NCBI GenBank assembly: GCA_000806115.1
Contig: JWKQ01000001.1
Location: 25,784 to 89,783, forward strand
Direction: 5' to 3'
DNA length: 64,000 nucleotides
From: an archaeon GW2011_AR5
GTDB lineage: Archaea > Aenigmatarchaeota > Aenigmatarchaeia > GW2011-AR5
A model generated the notes under the pieces. The model had not been told where the DNA came from, did no database searches, and saw nothing but the letters and a program-made list of their open reading frames with translations. The translations under genes and the position numbers were made by a program. This document shows, in pieces, positions 8,490-16,547 of this stretch (the stretch's first letter is position 1; the number at the start of each line of letters is the position of its first letter).

Positions 8490-8604
8490 CCCGCATTTGA
8501 AGATGCGGGTTTCATGGGAACACAAGGCGAAACGAAGTTTCGCCTGTGCAGGAAAAGCTCAGCTTTTCCTTGCATGGCATCCCGCATTCTTCCAAGAAGA
8601 ATGC
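8490..8604 (+). repeat. four-hairpin module 2, colinear with module 1, upstream of rps13
   Basis: Stems at 8490-8496/8503-8509, 8525-8533/8537-8545, 8548-8558/8562-8573 and 8584-8592/8596-8604. It shares the linkers GGGAAC-ACAAGG, CCTGTRCAGG and CCTTGYAT with module 1. Confidence 0.7.
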
Positions 8605-8629
8605 AAGATAAACATACACGGGTAATTCA

Positions 8630-9124
8630 ATGGCTGAAGCTCCTAAACAAGAGACTCAAAGACGAATAGTCAGGGTAATGACCACCGACATAGACGGCTC
8701 GCTCAGCGTCGAGCGCGCGCTGCGCAAAATCAAGGGCGTCAGCTTCATGTTCTCAAAATCCGTCTGCACCGCAACCGGCATAGACAGAAGGAAAAAAATC
8801 GGGCTTCTCAGCGAGGCAGAGGTAAAGACTATAGAAGGTTTCATCAAGAAGCCGCAGCTCCCGAAATGGATGCTGAACAGGCGGAAGGAGCCTGAAAACG
8901 GCGACGATGCGCACCTTACCATGGCGGACCTGGATTTCAGGAAACGCGAGGACATAAACACACTCAGACGCATACGCGCCTACAAGGGCATACGTCACGA
9001 GCTCGGGCAGCCCGTGAGGGGACAGAGAACCAGGAGCAGTTTCAGGACGCAGAAAACAGTAGGAGTCTCGAGAAAGTCGATACAGCAGGCGTCCAAGCCG
9101 AAGCCAAAGGAAGAAAAGAAGTGA
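8630..9124 (+). CDS. rps13: 30S ribosomal protein S13 (uS13)
   Basis: IVRVMTTDIDGSLSVERALRKIKGV...IRAYKGIRHELGQPVRGQRTRS matches uS13. Confidence 0.93.
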   Translation: MAEAPKQETQRRIVRVMTTDIDGSLSVERALRKIKGVSFMFSKSVCTATGIDRRKKIGLLSEAEVKTIEGFIKKPQLPKWMLNRRKEPENGDDAHLTMADLDFRKREDINTLRRIRAYKGIRHELGQPVRGQRTRSSFRTQKTVGVSRKSIQQASKPKPKEEKK

Positions 9125-9130
9125 TGATTC

Positions 9131-9631
9131 ATGGGACAACCGAAAAAATTCAAGAAGAAATACTCGCGGCCGAAGAAGCCTTACGACAAGGAGCGCATAG
9201 ACACGGAGCGGAAGATACTCAATGACTACGGACTCCGCAGGAAAAAGGAAATCTGGAGAGCCGAAGCAATCGTCCGCGATTTCCGCCGACGCGCACGCGA
9301 TTTGCAGGCAAAGAACAACCAGTCGGACGAGCAGATGCTTATTCAGAAACTTAACAAGCTGGGAATACACTGCAAGAAACTGGACGACGTCCTGCAGATA
9401 ACCCTTGACGACATATTGTCAAGGCGGCTTCAGACAATCATAGCAAAGAAGGGCATAGCGAACAGCATGCGCCACTCGAGGCAGCTCATAGTCCACGGGC
9501 ACGTGACTGTGAACGAGAAGAAGATATTCTGGCCGAGCTACATCGTGGAGAAGGACCTGGAGGAGAAAATCTCCCTGACACCCCGGATGTCTGCAAAAGC
9601 AATAAGCCAGGAAGCGAAGAAAAGTGAATAA
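9131..9631 (+). CDS. rps4: 30S ribosomal protein S4 (uS4)
   Basis: PKKFKKKYSRPKKPYDKERI..YGLRRKKEIWRAE and an S4 RNA-binding domain (SMRHSRQLIVHGHVTVN). Confidence 0.93.
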   Translation: MGQPKKFKKKYSRPKKPYDKERIDTERKILNDYGLRRKKEIWRAEAIVRDFRRRARDLQAKNNQSDEQMLIQKLNKLGIHCKKLDDVLQITLDDILSRRLQTIIAKKGIANSMRHSRQLIVHGHVTVNEKKIFWPSYIVEKDLEEKISLTPRMSAKAISQEAKKSE

Positions 9632-9633
9632 TA

Positions 9634-9825
9634 ATGAAACTGACGAACATAGACTATAAAAATCCTGTCAGTGTGTACAGACATCCAAACGGCATTGTTG
9701 AAAGGCATTATACTGACGGACGCGTAGAGAGGGAATTTCCTAACGGCATAATCGAGATGCGTATCCTGATTGATGGCTGCATACCATACACAACGGCGAT
9801 CATGCCGCTCAAGCTCGGAGATTGA
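9634..9825 (+). CDS. small repeat-containing protein inserted between rps4 and rps11
   Basis: 63-aa ORF that fits tightly, starting 2 nt after the rps4 stop and ending 5 nt before the rps11 ATG. It has internal repeats ([10 protein letters not shown] / TDGRVEREF / PNGIIEMRI). Confidence 0.5.
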   Translation: MKLTNIDYKNPVSVYRHPNGIVERHYTDGRVEREFPNGIIEMRILIDGCIPYTTAIMPLKLGD

Positions 9826-9830
9826 TAATT

Positions 9831-10223
9831 ATGACAGCGAAAGAAAAATGGGGCATAGCGCACATATATTCCTCTGTTAACAACACGATAATTCATATAA
9901 CAGACATAACCGGCGCCGAAACGATAGCCATAGCCTCGGGCGGACAGGTATCAGACAAGGACATGAACAAGGGCAAGCCGTTCACAGCCATGAAGGCTGC
10001 GCGCAAAGCGGCGGAAAAGGCGACCGCATCGGGCATTACCAACCTGCACATAAAAATACGCGCGCCCGGCGGAATCAAGGCGCGCATTCCGGGACAGGGA
10101 GCACAGCCGGCAATAAGGACGCTGGCGAGGGCGGGCTTCAGGATAGGACAGATTGAGGACGTCACGCCCGTGCCTCACGACACGTGCCGCAAAAAGGGCG
10201 GACGAAGGGGAAGAAGGGTATAG
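9831..10223 (+). CDS. rps11: 30S ribosomal protein S11 (uS11)
   Basis: [65 protein letters not shown] matches uS11. The ATG at 9831 is preferred over the TTG at 9822. Confidence 0.93.
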   Translation: MTAKEKWGIAHIYSSVNNTIIHITDITGAETIAIASGGQVSDKDMNKGKPFTAMKAARKAAEKATASGITNLHIKIRAPGGIKARIPGQGAQPAIRTLARAGFRIGQIEDVTPVPHDTCRKKGGRRGRRV

Positions 10224-10234
10224 GAGTGATATTC

Positions 10235-11011
10235 ATGAACGTGAAAATACTCAGCAAGTCACAGAATAGAATAAAGTTCCTGCTGGAAAAGTCAAACCCG
10301 GCTTTCGCGAACGCGCTGCGCAGGGTGATGAAGAGCGAAGTGCCTACAATGGCAGTTGAGTTTGTCGACTTTGAGGAGAACACGTCCGGCATGTTTGACG
10401 AGCTTGTTGCGCACCGCATCGGGCTCATTCCGCTTACATACGATGAAAAGGCGTACAGCCTGAAAAACGACTGCAAATGCGGCGGCAAGGGCTGCAGCCG
10501 ATGCGAAGTCACTCTGGTGCTTGACAAACAGGGCCCGTGCACGGTAAAAGCGGGCGACATGAAGTCAACCGACGACAGCGTCCAGCCGCCGGAGAAAGAC
10601 ATACCCATTGTCGAACTGCTTGAAGGGCAGAGACTGAAATTTGAAGCCGTGGCGCAGCTGGGCCTCGGCATAGACCATATAAAATGGCAGGCGGCGAATG
10701 TCGGATACCAGTACGCACCAATCGTGAAGGTAAGCAACGCAGACCCAAAGATAGCGGATGTCTGCCCCACGCATGTCTTCGAAAAAAAGGACGGAAAAGT
10801 GAAGGTTGTAGCGGAAGACAGATGCACGCTTTGCATGCGCTGCACCGAAGTTAGCGAGGGCGTAACAGTGCAATCGGATGACAGCATATTCATATTTGAT
10901 GTAGAATCAGTCTCGGGACTGACTGCAAAAGAGGTAATCAACAAAGCGCTTGACGTGCTCGAGGAAAGGGCGGAAAGCCTGGCAGAGAGCGTCAAGAAGA
11001 ATGTAAAATAA
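10235..11011 (+). CDS. rpoD: DNA-directed RNA polymerase subunit D (Rpo3) with Fe-S cluster domain
   Basis: NPAFANALRRVM..VPTMAV is typical of Rpo3. Cys clusters CKCGGKGCSRC and CPTHV..CTLCMRC. The ATG at 10235 is preceded by GGAGTGAT. Confidence 0.9.
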   Translation: MNVKILSKSQNRIKFLLEKSNPAFANALRRVMKSEVPTMAVEFVDFEENTSGMFDELVAHRIGLIPLTYDEKAYSLKNDCKCGGKGCSRCEVTLVLDKQGPCTVKAGDMKSTDDSVQPPEKDIPIVELLEGQRLKFEAVAQLGLGIDHIKWQAANVGYQYAPIVKVSNADPKIADVCPTHVFEKKDGKVKVVAEDRCTLCMRCTEVSEGVTVQSDDSIFIFDVESVSGLTAKEVINKALDVLEERAESLAESVKKNVK

Positions 11012-11143
11012 TGCGAGGAGGCGGATTTGAACCGCCGAAGGCACTAAGCCACAGGATTTTAAGTCCTGCCCAGTTATCCGTAACCCTTTGCGCTAACGCT
11101 TTTGCGCGAGCAAAAGGGTTAGACCATGCTTTGGTATCCTCGC
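11012..11143 (-). tRNA. tRNA-Leu(UAA) with a ~45-nt insertion (putative intron) in the D-arm
   Basis: Minus-strand read: acceptor GCGAGGA/TCCTCGC, anticodon arm CAGGA-CTTAAAA-TCCTG, long variable arm GGCTTAGTGCC, T-arm GGCGG-TTCAAAT-CCGCC and discriminator A. The D-arm CCA..TGG is interrupted by CCCTTTTGCTCGCGCAAAAGCGTTAGCGCAAAGGG... Confidence 0.75.
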
Positions 11144-11182
11144 CTGATGAATATTTTCCCAAGAAGTTTAAATGTGATATAA

Positions 11183-11515
11183 ATGCCGCATCCAACAGGA
11201 CCGACAGATCCGAACACAGAAGCGCTGATAAAAGCGATGAAGAAGAAAAAGGAAAAGTTTTACTTAAACCTGGCAAGGCATCTTGCGAAGTCCGCCCGCA
11301 GCAAGGTTCCGGTAAACGTCACGAAGATAGGAAAGTTTGCCAATAACGAGCCGGTGGCAGTTCCTGGCAAGGTGCTCGGCAGCGGGGAAATCAAGAAGCC
11401 CGTCGTTGTTTACGCGCTGTCATTCTCGAAAAGCGCGCGCAGAAAGATAACAGCCTCGGGCGGAAAATGCCTGCCCCTTCAGGACGTTGACAAGAAAGCG
11501 AGGATTATGATATGA
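11183..11515 (+). CDS. rpl18e: 50S ribosomal protein L18e (eL18)
   Basis: PTDPNTEALIKAMKK...VPVNVTKIGKFA..VAVPGKVLGSGEI matches eL18. Expected position after rpoD. Confidence 0.88.
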   Translation: MPHPTGPTDPNTEALIKAMKKKKEKFYLNLARHLAKSARSKVPVNVTKIGKFANNEPVAVPGKVLGSGEIKKPVVVYALSFSKSARRKITASGGKCLPLQDVDKKARIMI

Positions 11516-11901
11516 TAATAGACGGAAAGAACGCGGTGCTTGGAAGACTCGCTTCGTATACCGCAAAGAAGCTCCTTACCGGGGAAGAAATCACGATAAT
11601 CAACGCGGAAAACATAATAATCACAGGAAGACCGAACGACATCAAAACCAAGTACCTCGCGTTCAAGGGAAGGGGTTCGCCGCAGCACGGGCCGTTCTTC
11701 CCGAGGCAGCCGAACATGTTCGTGCGGCGCGTCATCCGCGGAATGCTGCCAAAAGAGAAAAAAGGAAGAGATGTATTGAAGAACCTGAAGGTATATGCGG
11801 GCTCCAACGGCATGAGCGGCGAACAGATTGCGATAAAGCTGATAAAGACAAATTACATAACTGTAGGAGAACTGTCGAAGACGCTGGGATGGCACAAATA
11901 A
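11512..11901 (+). CDS. rpl13: 50S ribosomal protein L13 (uL13)
   Basis: IIDGKNAVLGRLASYTAKKLLTGEEITIINAE..RVIRGMLP matches uL13. Overlaps rpl18e by 4 nt. Confidence 0.92.
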   Translation: MIIDGKNAVLGRLASYTAKKLLTGEEITIINAENIIITGRPNDIKTKYLAFKGRGSPQHGPFFPRQPNMFVRRVIRGMLPKEKKGRDVLKNLKVYAGSNGMSGEQIAIKLIKTNYITVGELSKTLGWHK

Positions 11902-11943
11902 CTGTGACATCAGTGGAAGCTTCGCGTAAGATCAAGTGATAAT

Positions 11944-12384
11944 ATGACAGAAACACACACAGAAACGAAACCGAAAAAGAAGAAGATGCTGATAGTCATA
12001 GGCAAGAGAAAGAAGGCTGTCGCGCGGGCGTTCGTGCAAGAGGGTAGCGGATTAATAAAAATTAACTCCACACCCATCGACTTCATCCGGCCGAACTACG
12101 CGCAGATGCGGCTTAAGGAGCCCGTCACGATAGCGGGCGACCTGGCAAAGCGCGTCGACATAGACGTGAGAGTGAACGGCGGCGGCGTCTGGGGACAGAC
12201 CGATGCCAGCAGGACTGCGATAGCAAACGCGCTGGTGCAGTGGACAAAGGACAGCAAGCTCAAGGAGATGTATACTGATTACGACCGCTCGCTGCTGGTT
12301 TCGGACTCGCGAAGAACGGAACCACACAAGCCGTCGCGCAGCACTGCCGGACCCAGACGCAGCAAGCAGCAGTCAAAGAGATAA
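11944..12384 (+). CDS. rps9: 30S ribosomal protein S9 (uS9)
   Basis: GKRKKAVARAFVQEGSGLIKINS..VRVNGGGVWGQTDASRTAIANAL..DSRRTEPHKPSRSTAGPRRSKQQSKR matches uS9. Confidence 0.92.
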   Translation: MTETHTETKPKKKKMLIVIGKRKKAVARAFVQEGSGLIKINSTPIDFIRPNYAQMRLKEPVTIAGDLAKRVDIDVRVNGGGVWGQTDASRTAIANALVQWTKDSKLKEMYTDYDRSLLVSDSRRTEPHKPSRSTAGPRRSKQQSKR

Positions 12385-12407
12385 ATAACACATGGAGAAA
12401 TGATAAT

Positions 12408-12602
12408 ATGCTCATACCAGTAAGATGTTTCACGTGCGGAAAACCGGTCAGCGCTGTCTGGGAGAAGTACAAGGAGCGCATTGAAAGGGGCGAGCAGCCA
12501 GGAAAGGTTCTGGACGACCTCGGAATGGACAGATACTGCTGCAGGTCGCTGCTGCTCACTCACAGGGACGTCATCAAGAAAATCGGCAAGTTCCGTGTTT
12601 AA
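12408..12602 (+). CDS. rpoN: DNA-directed RNA polymerase subunit N (Rpo10)
   Basis: MLIPVRCFTCGKPVS..W..Y...LG..RYCCR matches Rpo10. Confidence 0.92.
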   Translation: MLIPVRCFTCGKPVSAVWEKYKERIERGEQPGKVLDDLGMDRYCCRSLLLTHRDVIKKIGKFRV

Positions 12603-12608
12603 TTCATA

Positions 12609-13328
12609 ATGAACATAAAGCAGCTTCTTGAGATAGCAAAGATAAAGCCGAATCCCGCCCTGGACCAGTTCTTTCTCACGGACGACAAAGTCCTTGACGA
12701 AGAGGTTGCTCTGGCTTCGCTAAAGAAAAGCGACACTGTTCTTGAAGTCGGGCCCGGAATCGGCAACCTCACCATACGGCTGTCCAAGAAAGCGCGCGTG
12801 CTGGCTGTGGAAAAAGACTATTCCTTCATGAACGTGCTCAAAGGCATACAGAACTGCCAAGCTGTTTTCGCGGACGCTCTTGAGTTCCTGGAGTCGCTCA
12901 GGAGCAAGCAGCAGAAACCGGTTTTCAACAAGATAGTTTCCAACATACCTTACTCCATATCCCAGCCTCTTCTGCTGGAATTCTTCAGGCACCGGTGGGA
13001 CGTAGCCGTGCTGATGGTGCAAAAAGAATTTGCCGAGAAGCTTGCCTCGCGCGAGCGCCTTGGCATGATAATGAAAGACATGGCCGAGGTGAAGATAATG
13101 AAGCACATACCTGCCGGGGCTTTTTACCCGAAAGCCGTGCCTTCGTCGCTGGTGCTAATCAAACAGAAAAAACAGCTGGACGAGGGTTTCTGGAAATTCC
13201 TCTGCTCATTGAAGCCGAACAAAAACGTGTCGAATCAACTGCGCACGAGCGGCAAGCTTGGAACGAAGAAAATCCACCAGCTGACGCTTGATGAACTGAA
13301 AACACTGTACAAAAGCCGGAAATCGTAG
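12609..13328 (+). CDS. ksgA: 16S rRNA dimethyladenosine transferase (KsgA/Dim1)
   Basis: LDQFFLTDDKVL, SAM motif VLEVGPGIGNLT and NIPYSIS are characteristic of KsgA. Confidence 0.88.
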   Translation: MNIKQLLEIAKIKPNPALDQFFLTDDKVLDEEVALASLKKSDTVLEVGPGIGNLTIRLSKKARVLAVEKDYSFMNVLKGIQNCQAVFADALEFLESLRSKQQKPVFNKIVSNIPYSISQPLLLEFFRHRWDVAVLMVQKEFAEKLASRERLGMIMKDMAEVKIMKHIPAGAFYPKAVPSSLVLIKQKKQLDEGFWKFLCSLKPNKNVSNQLRTSGKLGTKKIHQLTLDELKTLYKSRKS

Positions 13329-13414
13329 GTTAATTTTCTCAATGGCATATAAAAAGTGCACTCAGTCGCGAAAAGCTTAAGAGGCGGACAGCGACTATAT
13401 GATTGGAGATAAAT

Positions 13415-14149
13415 ATGGGACAATTTGAAACGCTGACAAAGGAATTGTACGAACCTGATATCAACCCGATACTTGCCAGACGGCACTTGCAGCAGGCAAA
13501 AGAGAGCGTCGGATCCACTTATCACGCTGCCCAAGTGTTTGGAAACCCTTATCCCAGGCCGCCGACAAGGACTTTCTGGGACACGAGCCTGAAGGGCACG
13601 AACACGATTGCATGGTATCTCGACCCGCAGGAAGTCAAGCAGGAGTATCCGATGGAAGGGCTTGCCATAGAAAGGGAAATAGGCTCGGAACCCATCGTGG
13701 CTTATAATCCAAGACTGCTCAGGTCAAGAAACAAGAATTTCATAAAAGCTGTTGACGCCCATGAAAAAGCGCACGGCGGGCAGCAGGGTAAAATGAAATT
13801 AAAGAAAATCGGCGCCGTCACGAGATACGGTCCGGTTCCTCTGGGCGAGATGCTCATAGAAGGGGGAGTCGAATGGGCGCTGGACAGATATAGCGAGAAG
13901 AGCGGAGTAATGCCGCCAAGCAGGTACATGGACCAGATGAACGGCGGGCTCTCACTGTACGGCATATACAGGGAATTCGCGCATGAACTTGAGGGAAGAC
14001 AGAATGGAATATTAAGACAGGTTTACAGGGCGGCGGCAAGAGCCGGACCGCGCGACGTAGTCAGACTTCTGGAAACAGTTCCCGGCATCGGAGAAATGGT
14101 TGACAAGTACGCAGCCAAGATACACGGACCTGAGATGAGACGGAACTAA
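13415..14149 (+). CDS. hypothetical protein with HExxH motif
   Basis: The ATG at 13415 is preceded by GGAGAT. It contains AVDAHEKAHGG. No family recognised. Confidence 0.5.
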   Translation: MGQFETLTKELYEPDINPILARRHLQQAKESVGSTYHAAQVFGNPYPRPPTRTFWDTSLKGTNTIAWYLDPQEVKQEYPMEGLAIEREIGSEPIVAYNPRLLRSRNKNFIKAVDAHEKAHGGQQGKMKLKKIGAVTRYGPVPLGEMLIEGGVEWALDRYSEKSGVMPPSRYMDQMNGGLSLYGIYREFAHELEGRQNGILRQVYRAAARAGPRDVVRLLETVPGIGEMVDKYAAKIHGPEMRRN

Positions 14150-14230
14150 TGCGATCCAAATAATCGGGATATCAAATTTGGATCACAGTACTGTGCACAA
14201 TTGTTATATCGTTTCATTCCTTGTAGCACA

Positions 14231-14431
14231 TTAACTGACGATTATCCGATTCTTGCCGCGGAAAGTCGAGCCCAACTTGGTTTCATCGGGAATATGGCCG
14301 CTCTGCAGCATCTTCATCTCGCCTGATGACAAGTGCGTCCTGCTGTGCACCTTCAGTGCATTAAAGTTCGGAAACGTCTGTTCGCACCTGGCGCACTGGA
14401 CCGGGCGCGATTTCTTCTTTTTGAGTTTCAT
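14231..14431 (-). CDS. small C2H2 zinc-finger protein
   Basis: 66 aa. CARCEQTFPNFNALKVHSRTH fits C-x2-C-x12-H-x4-H. Confidence 0.6.
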   Translation of the reverse strand: MKLKKKKSRPVQCARCEQTFPNFNALKVHSRTHLSSGEMKMLQSGHIPDETKLGSTFRGKNRIIVS

Positions 14432-14589
14432 TAATAGAATTACTGCGTGGGAAAATATTTAAGATATGGTGTTACAAGAAACGAAACGATATACAGGTTT
14501 CTTGTACGCCATAAATGAAGCAAGTTGTAATAAGTATGTCCTAATCGTTACTTGCTTCACATTAAAAAGATTGCAGTCGTGATAAACCC

Positions 14590-15705
14590 ATGCTTCTCGA
14601 GAAATACGCGCCAAAATCGACGAAAGACATAATCGGCAACAGTTCCGCAATAGGCGAAATAAAGAGATTCATCACCGGCTGGACGCGGAAAACGTCAAGG
14701 CGTCAGCCCCTGGCACTGCTGGTCCACGGCGCCACCGGCTCGGGCAAGTCGACAGCGATAAGGCTCGCTGCGCAGGAGCTGGGGCACGAAGTTATTGAGG
14801 CGCACGGCGGAAAAGCGTCCTTTAACGCTTATCAGCAGGCTTCCATGCAGAGGGGCATATTCTCAAGGAAGCGCCTGATGCTTTTTGAACTGGATGAAAT
14901 GCCGATGAAGGGACTCCCCGAACTGATAAAGGCGAGCGAACATCCCGTGATATGCACCGTCGGCGACGCATACAGCCTCAGCCCTTCGGCGCGGAAAAAC
15001 TTCAAGCTTCTCAAGTTCGACAAAATCGGCGAAGCGGAAATGATAAAATTCCTTGAGGATGTCTGCAGGAAAGAAAATATCGCAACGGACCGCCGGAACC
15101 TAGAACAGCTGGTTAAGCTGAGCAAAGGGGACGTGCGCAGCCTTCTCATAGACATTGAGATGCTAAAAGCAGAGGGCACGGCTTCGCTGTCAGACCGTAT
15201 CGGCTACCGGGACAGCGAGGACAACATATTCAGCACCCTGAAAGTAATTTTCAAAACCATGAGCTTGGAGAATTCCAGAATAGCCGTGGAAAACTCTGAA
15301 AAGGAGCCGGAAGAGCTCATCAGGTGGCTCGAGGAGAACATAGCCGAGGAGTATACGGACATGACGGCAATTGCGACGGCTTTCGACTATCTGTCGAAGG
15401 CGGACATATTTGGCTCGAGAATAATCAGGCGCCAGTCGTGGAATCTCCAGAAATACATCTCTTTAGGCGCATACGGCACTTCGCTGGCAAAAAACAAGCC
15501 GTCAATGCGCTTCCCGTCATACAAATATCCCGTCTTTGCGAGGAGAAACGGCGCCGTGCTGGAAAAAATATCAAAAAACCTGCACATCTCGAAGAGGCGG
15601 GCGTCCGTATACATCCCCGTGCTCAGGATGCTTGCGAAGAAAAACAGCAGGATATTCGACGAGCTCGGAATTGACGAGAAAGAAGCGGCGTCCATCACCC
15701 TATGA
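14590..15705 (+). CDS. rfcL: replication factor C large subunit-like AAA+ ATPase
   Basis: LLEKYAPKSTKDIIGN, Walker A GATGSGKST and Walker B LFELDE. At 371 aa it is shorter than typical RFC-L. Confidence 0.7.
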   Translation: MLLEKYAPKSTKDIIGNSSAIGEIKRFITGWTRKTSRRQPLALLVHGATGSGKSTAIRLAAQELGHEVIEAHGGKASFNAYQQASMQRGIFSRKRLMLFELDEMPMKGLPELIKASEHPVICTVGDAYSLSPSARKNFKLLKFDKIGEAEMIKFLEDVCRKENIATDRRNLEQLVKLSKGDVRSLLIDIEMLKAEGTASLSDRIGYRDSEDNIFSTLKVIFKTMSLENSRIAVENSEKEPEELIRWLEENIAEEYTDMTAIATAFDYLSKADIFGSRIIRRQSWNLQKYISLGAYGTSLAKNKPSMRFPSYKYPVFARRNGAVLEKISKNLHISKRRASVYIPVLRMLAKKNSRIFDELGIDEKEAASITL

Positions 15706-16108
15706 AATCGCTCGCATATTTTTTCGTCGTGAAGTTGTAAATAACCTGCTCGTGCGACGCTACTATGAAATCAACCTTGACTTCGCTCTCTGTCGGCGGA
15801 TTGTCATTGCATACAATCATGGCTGGGTTGTATTCAACCCTTGCAAAGACACCCTTCGCTGCGAGCTCCTTCTCAACAACCCATTTCAGCTCGGCAAGAT
15901 TAGTCGTGAGATTTATGCAGCCGGATTTGGTTGGCGTGTTCCTGACTACGTTGTCCAGCTGTTCCTGTATGCTGTTGAAATAGAACGCGTTGTTTGTGCG
16001 CGCCGTCTCGGCGGAGTTTACGGCAAAGTAATCCTTCAGCAAAAGCGACATGCCGAGAAATATGCTTGAAGCCACGACGGCTGATATAATGAACCATTGC
16101 CCGCGCAT
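15695..16108 (-). CDS. type IV pilin-like protein (class III signal peptide)
   Basis: MRGQWFIISAVVASSIFLGMSLLL resembles an archaeal prepilin signal (RGQ followed by a hydrophobic helix). The rest is unassigned. Confidence 0.5.
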   Translation of the reverse strand: MRGQWFIISAVVASSIFLGMSLLLKDYFAVNSAETARTNNAFYFNSIQEQLDNVVRNTPTKSGCINLTTNLAELKWVVEKELAAKGVFARVEYNPAMIVCNDNPPTESEVKVDFIVASHEQVIYNFTTKKYASDFIG

Positions 16109-16146
16109 AATTAAGCTTGTTTTTGGGAGGAAATAAACCTTTTCGG

Positions 16147-16437
16147 CTATGTAGAAACAACCTGGGCGTGCTTCACGCCTCCGATATCCAGCACAGAGGA
16201 GCTTTCCACAAGCCCGTTCTTTATCAGCAGGTTGACTATCCTGTTTCCCACGGCATTTATTATTGTGGAGCGTCTTGCGATGTCCAGTATCTCCTTTTCG
16301 CCGGTCTTCTTTCCTGCATAGAACTCGGAAACAGTTATCTCAATGTCGCCTGTGCCGAACGATTTCCCGATTATGTCATCGTCACAGACGGCGAGCATCC
16401 TGTCGCTGCCCTGTTCAAACAGATTGTAAGAGAACAT
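16147..16437 (-). CDS. DUF424-like protein (conserved neighbour of aIF2-beta)
   Basis: Internal ATG at 16437 of the track ORF 16147..16638 (MFSYNLFEQGSDRMLAVCDDDIIGKSF..). The ATG abuts repeat copy D. Confidence 0.6.
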   Translation of the reverse strand: MFSYNLFEQGSDRMLAVCDDDIIGKSFGTGDIEITVSEFYAGKKTGEKEILDIARRSTIINAVGNRIVNLLIKNGLVESSSVLDIGGVKHAQVVST

Positions 16438-16496
16438 TACCGATCCTTTTTCTTGGAAGAAAAAGTCTAGGTATCGCCAAAAAGAACTGGAGATCC
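16438..16496 (-). repeat. leader-type two-hairpin element, copy D
   Basis: Gene-sense read: GGATCTCCAGTTCTTTTTGGCGATACCTAGACTTTTTCTTCCAAGAAAAAGGATCGGTA-ATG. Confidence 0.8.
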
Positions 16497-16547
16497 TGTA
16501 GACTTGACTTCGTGTATTATTTGGAAATTTACATGCCAAGAAGTGCA

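Noticed and set aside
8191-8604. CRISPR array interpretation of the clustered palindromes
   Set aside because: The hairpins differ in sequence and are not regularly spaced direct repeats. There are no unique spacers of constant length, and there are no cas genes in the window.
8371-8625. 84-aa plus-strand ORF in the gap upstream of rps13
   Set aside because: It has a TTG start and lies entirely within the hairpin modules. Its sequence is dictated by the palindromes (for example PHLKMRV from CCCGCATTTGAAGATGCGGG), and it has no motif. I treat the region as non-coding.
11011-11346. 111-aa plus-strand ORF starting at the rpoD stop
   Set aside because: Its first ~45 codons are the antisense of the tRNA-Leu gene, and its 3' part overlaps rpl18e in another frame. 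It is spurious.
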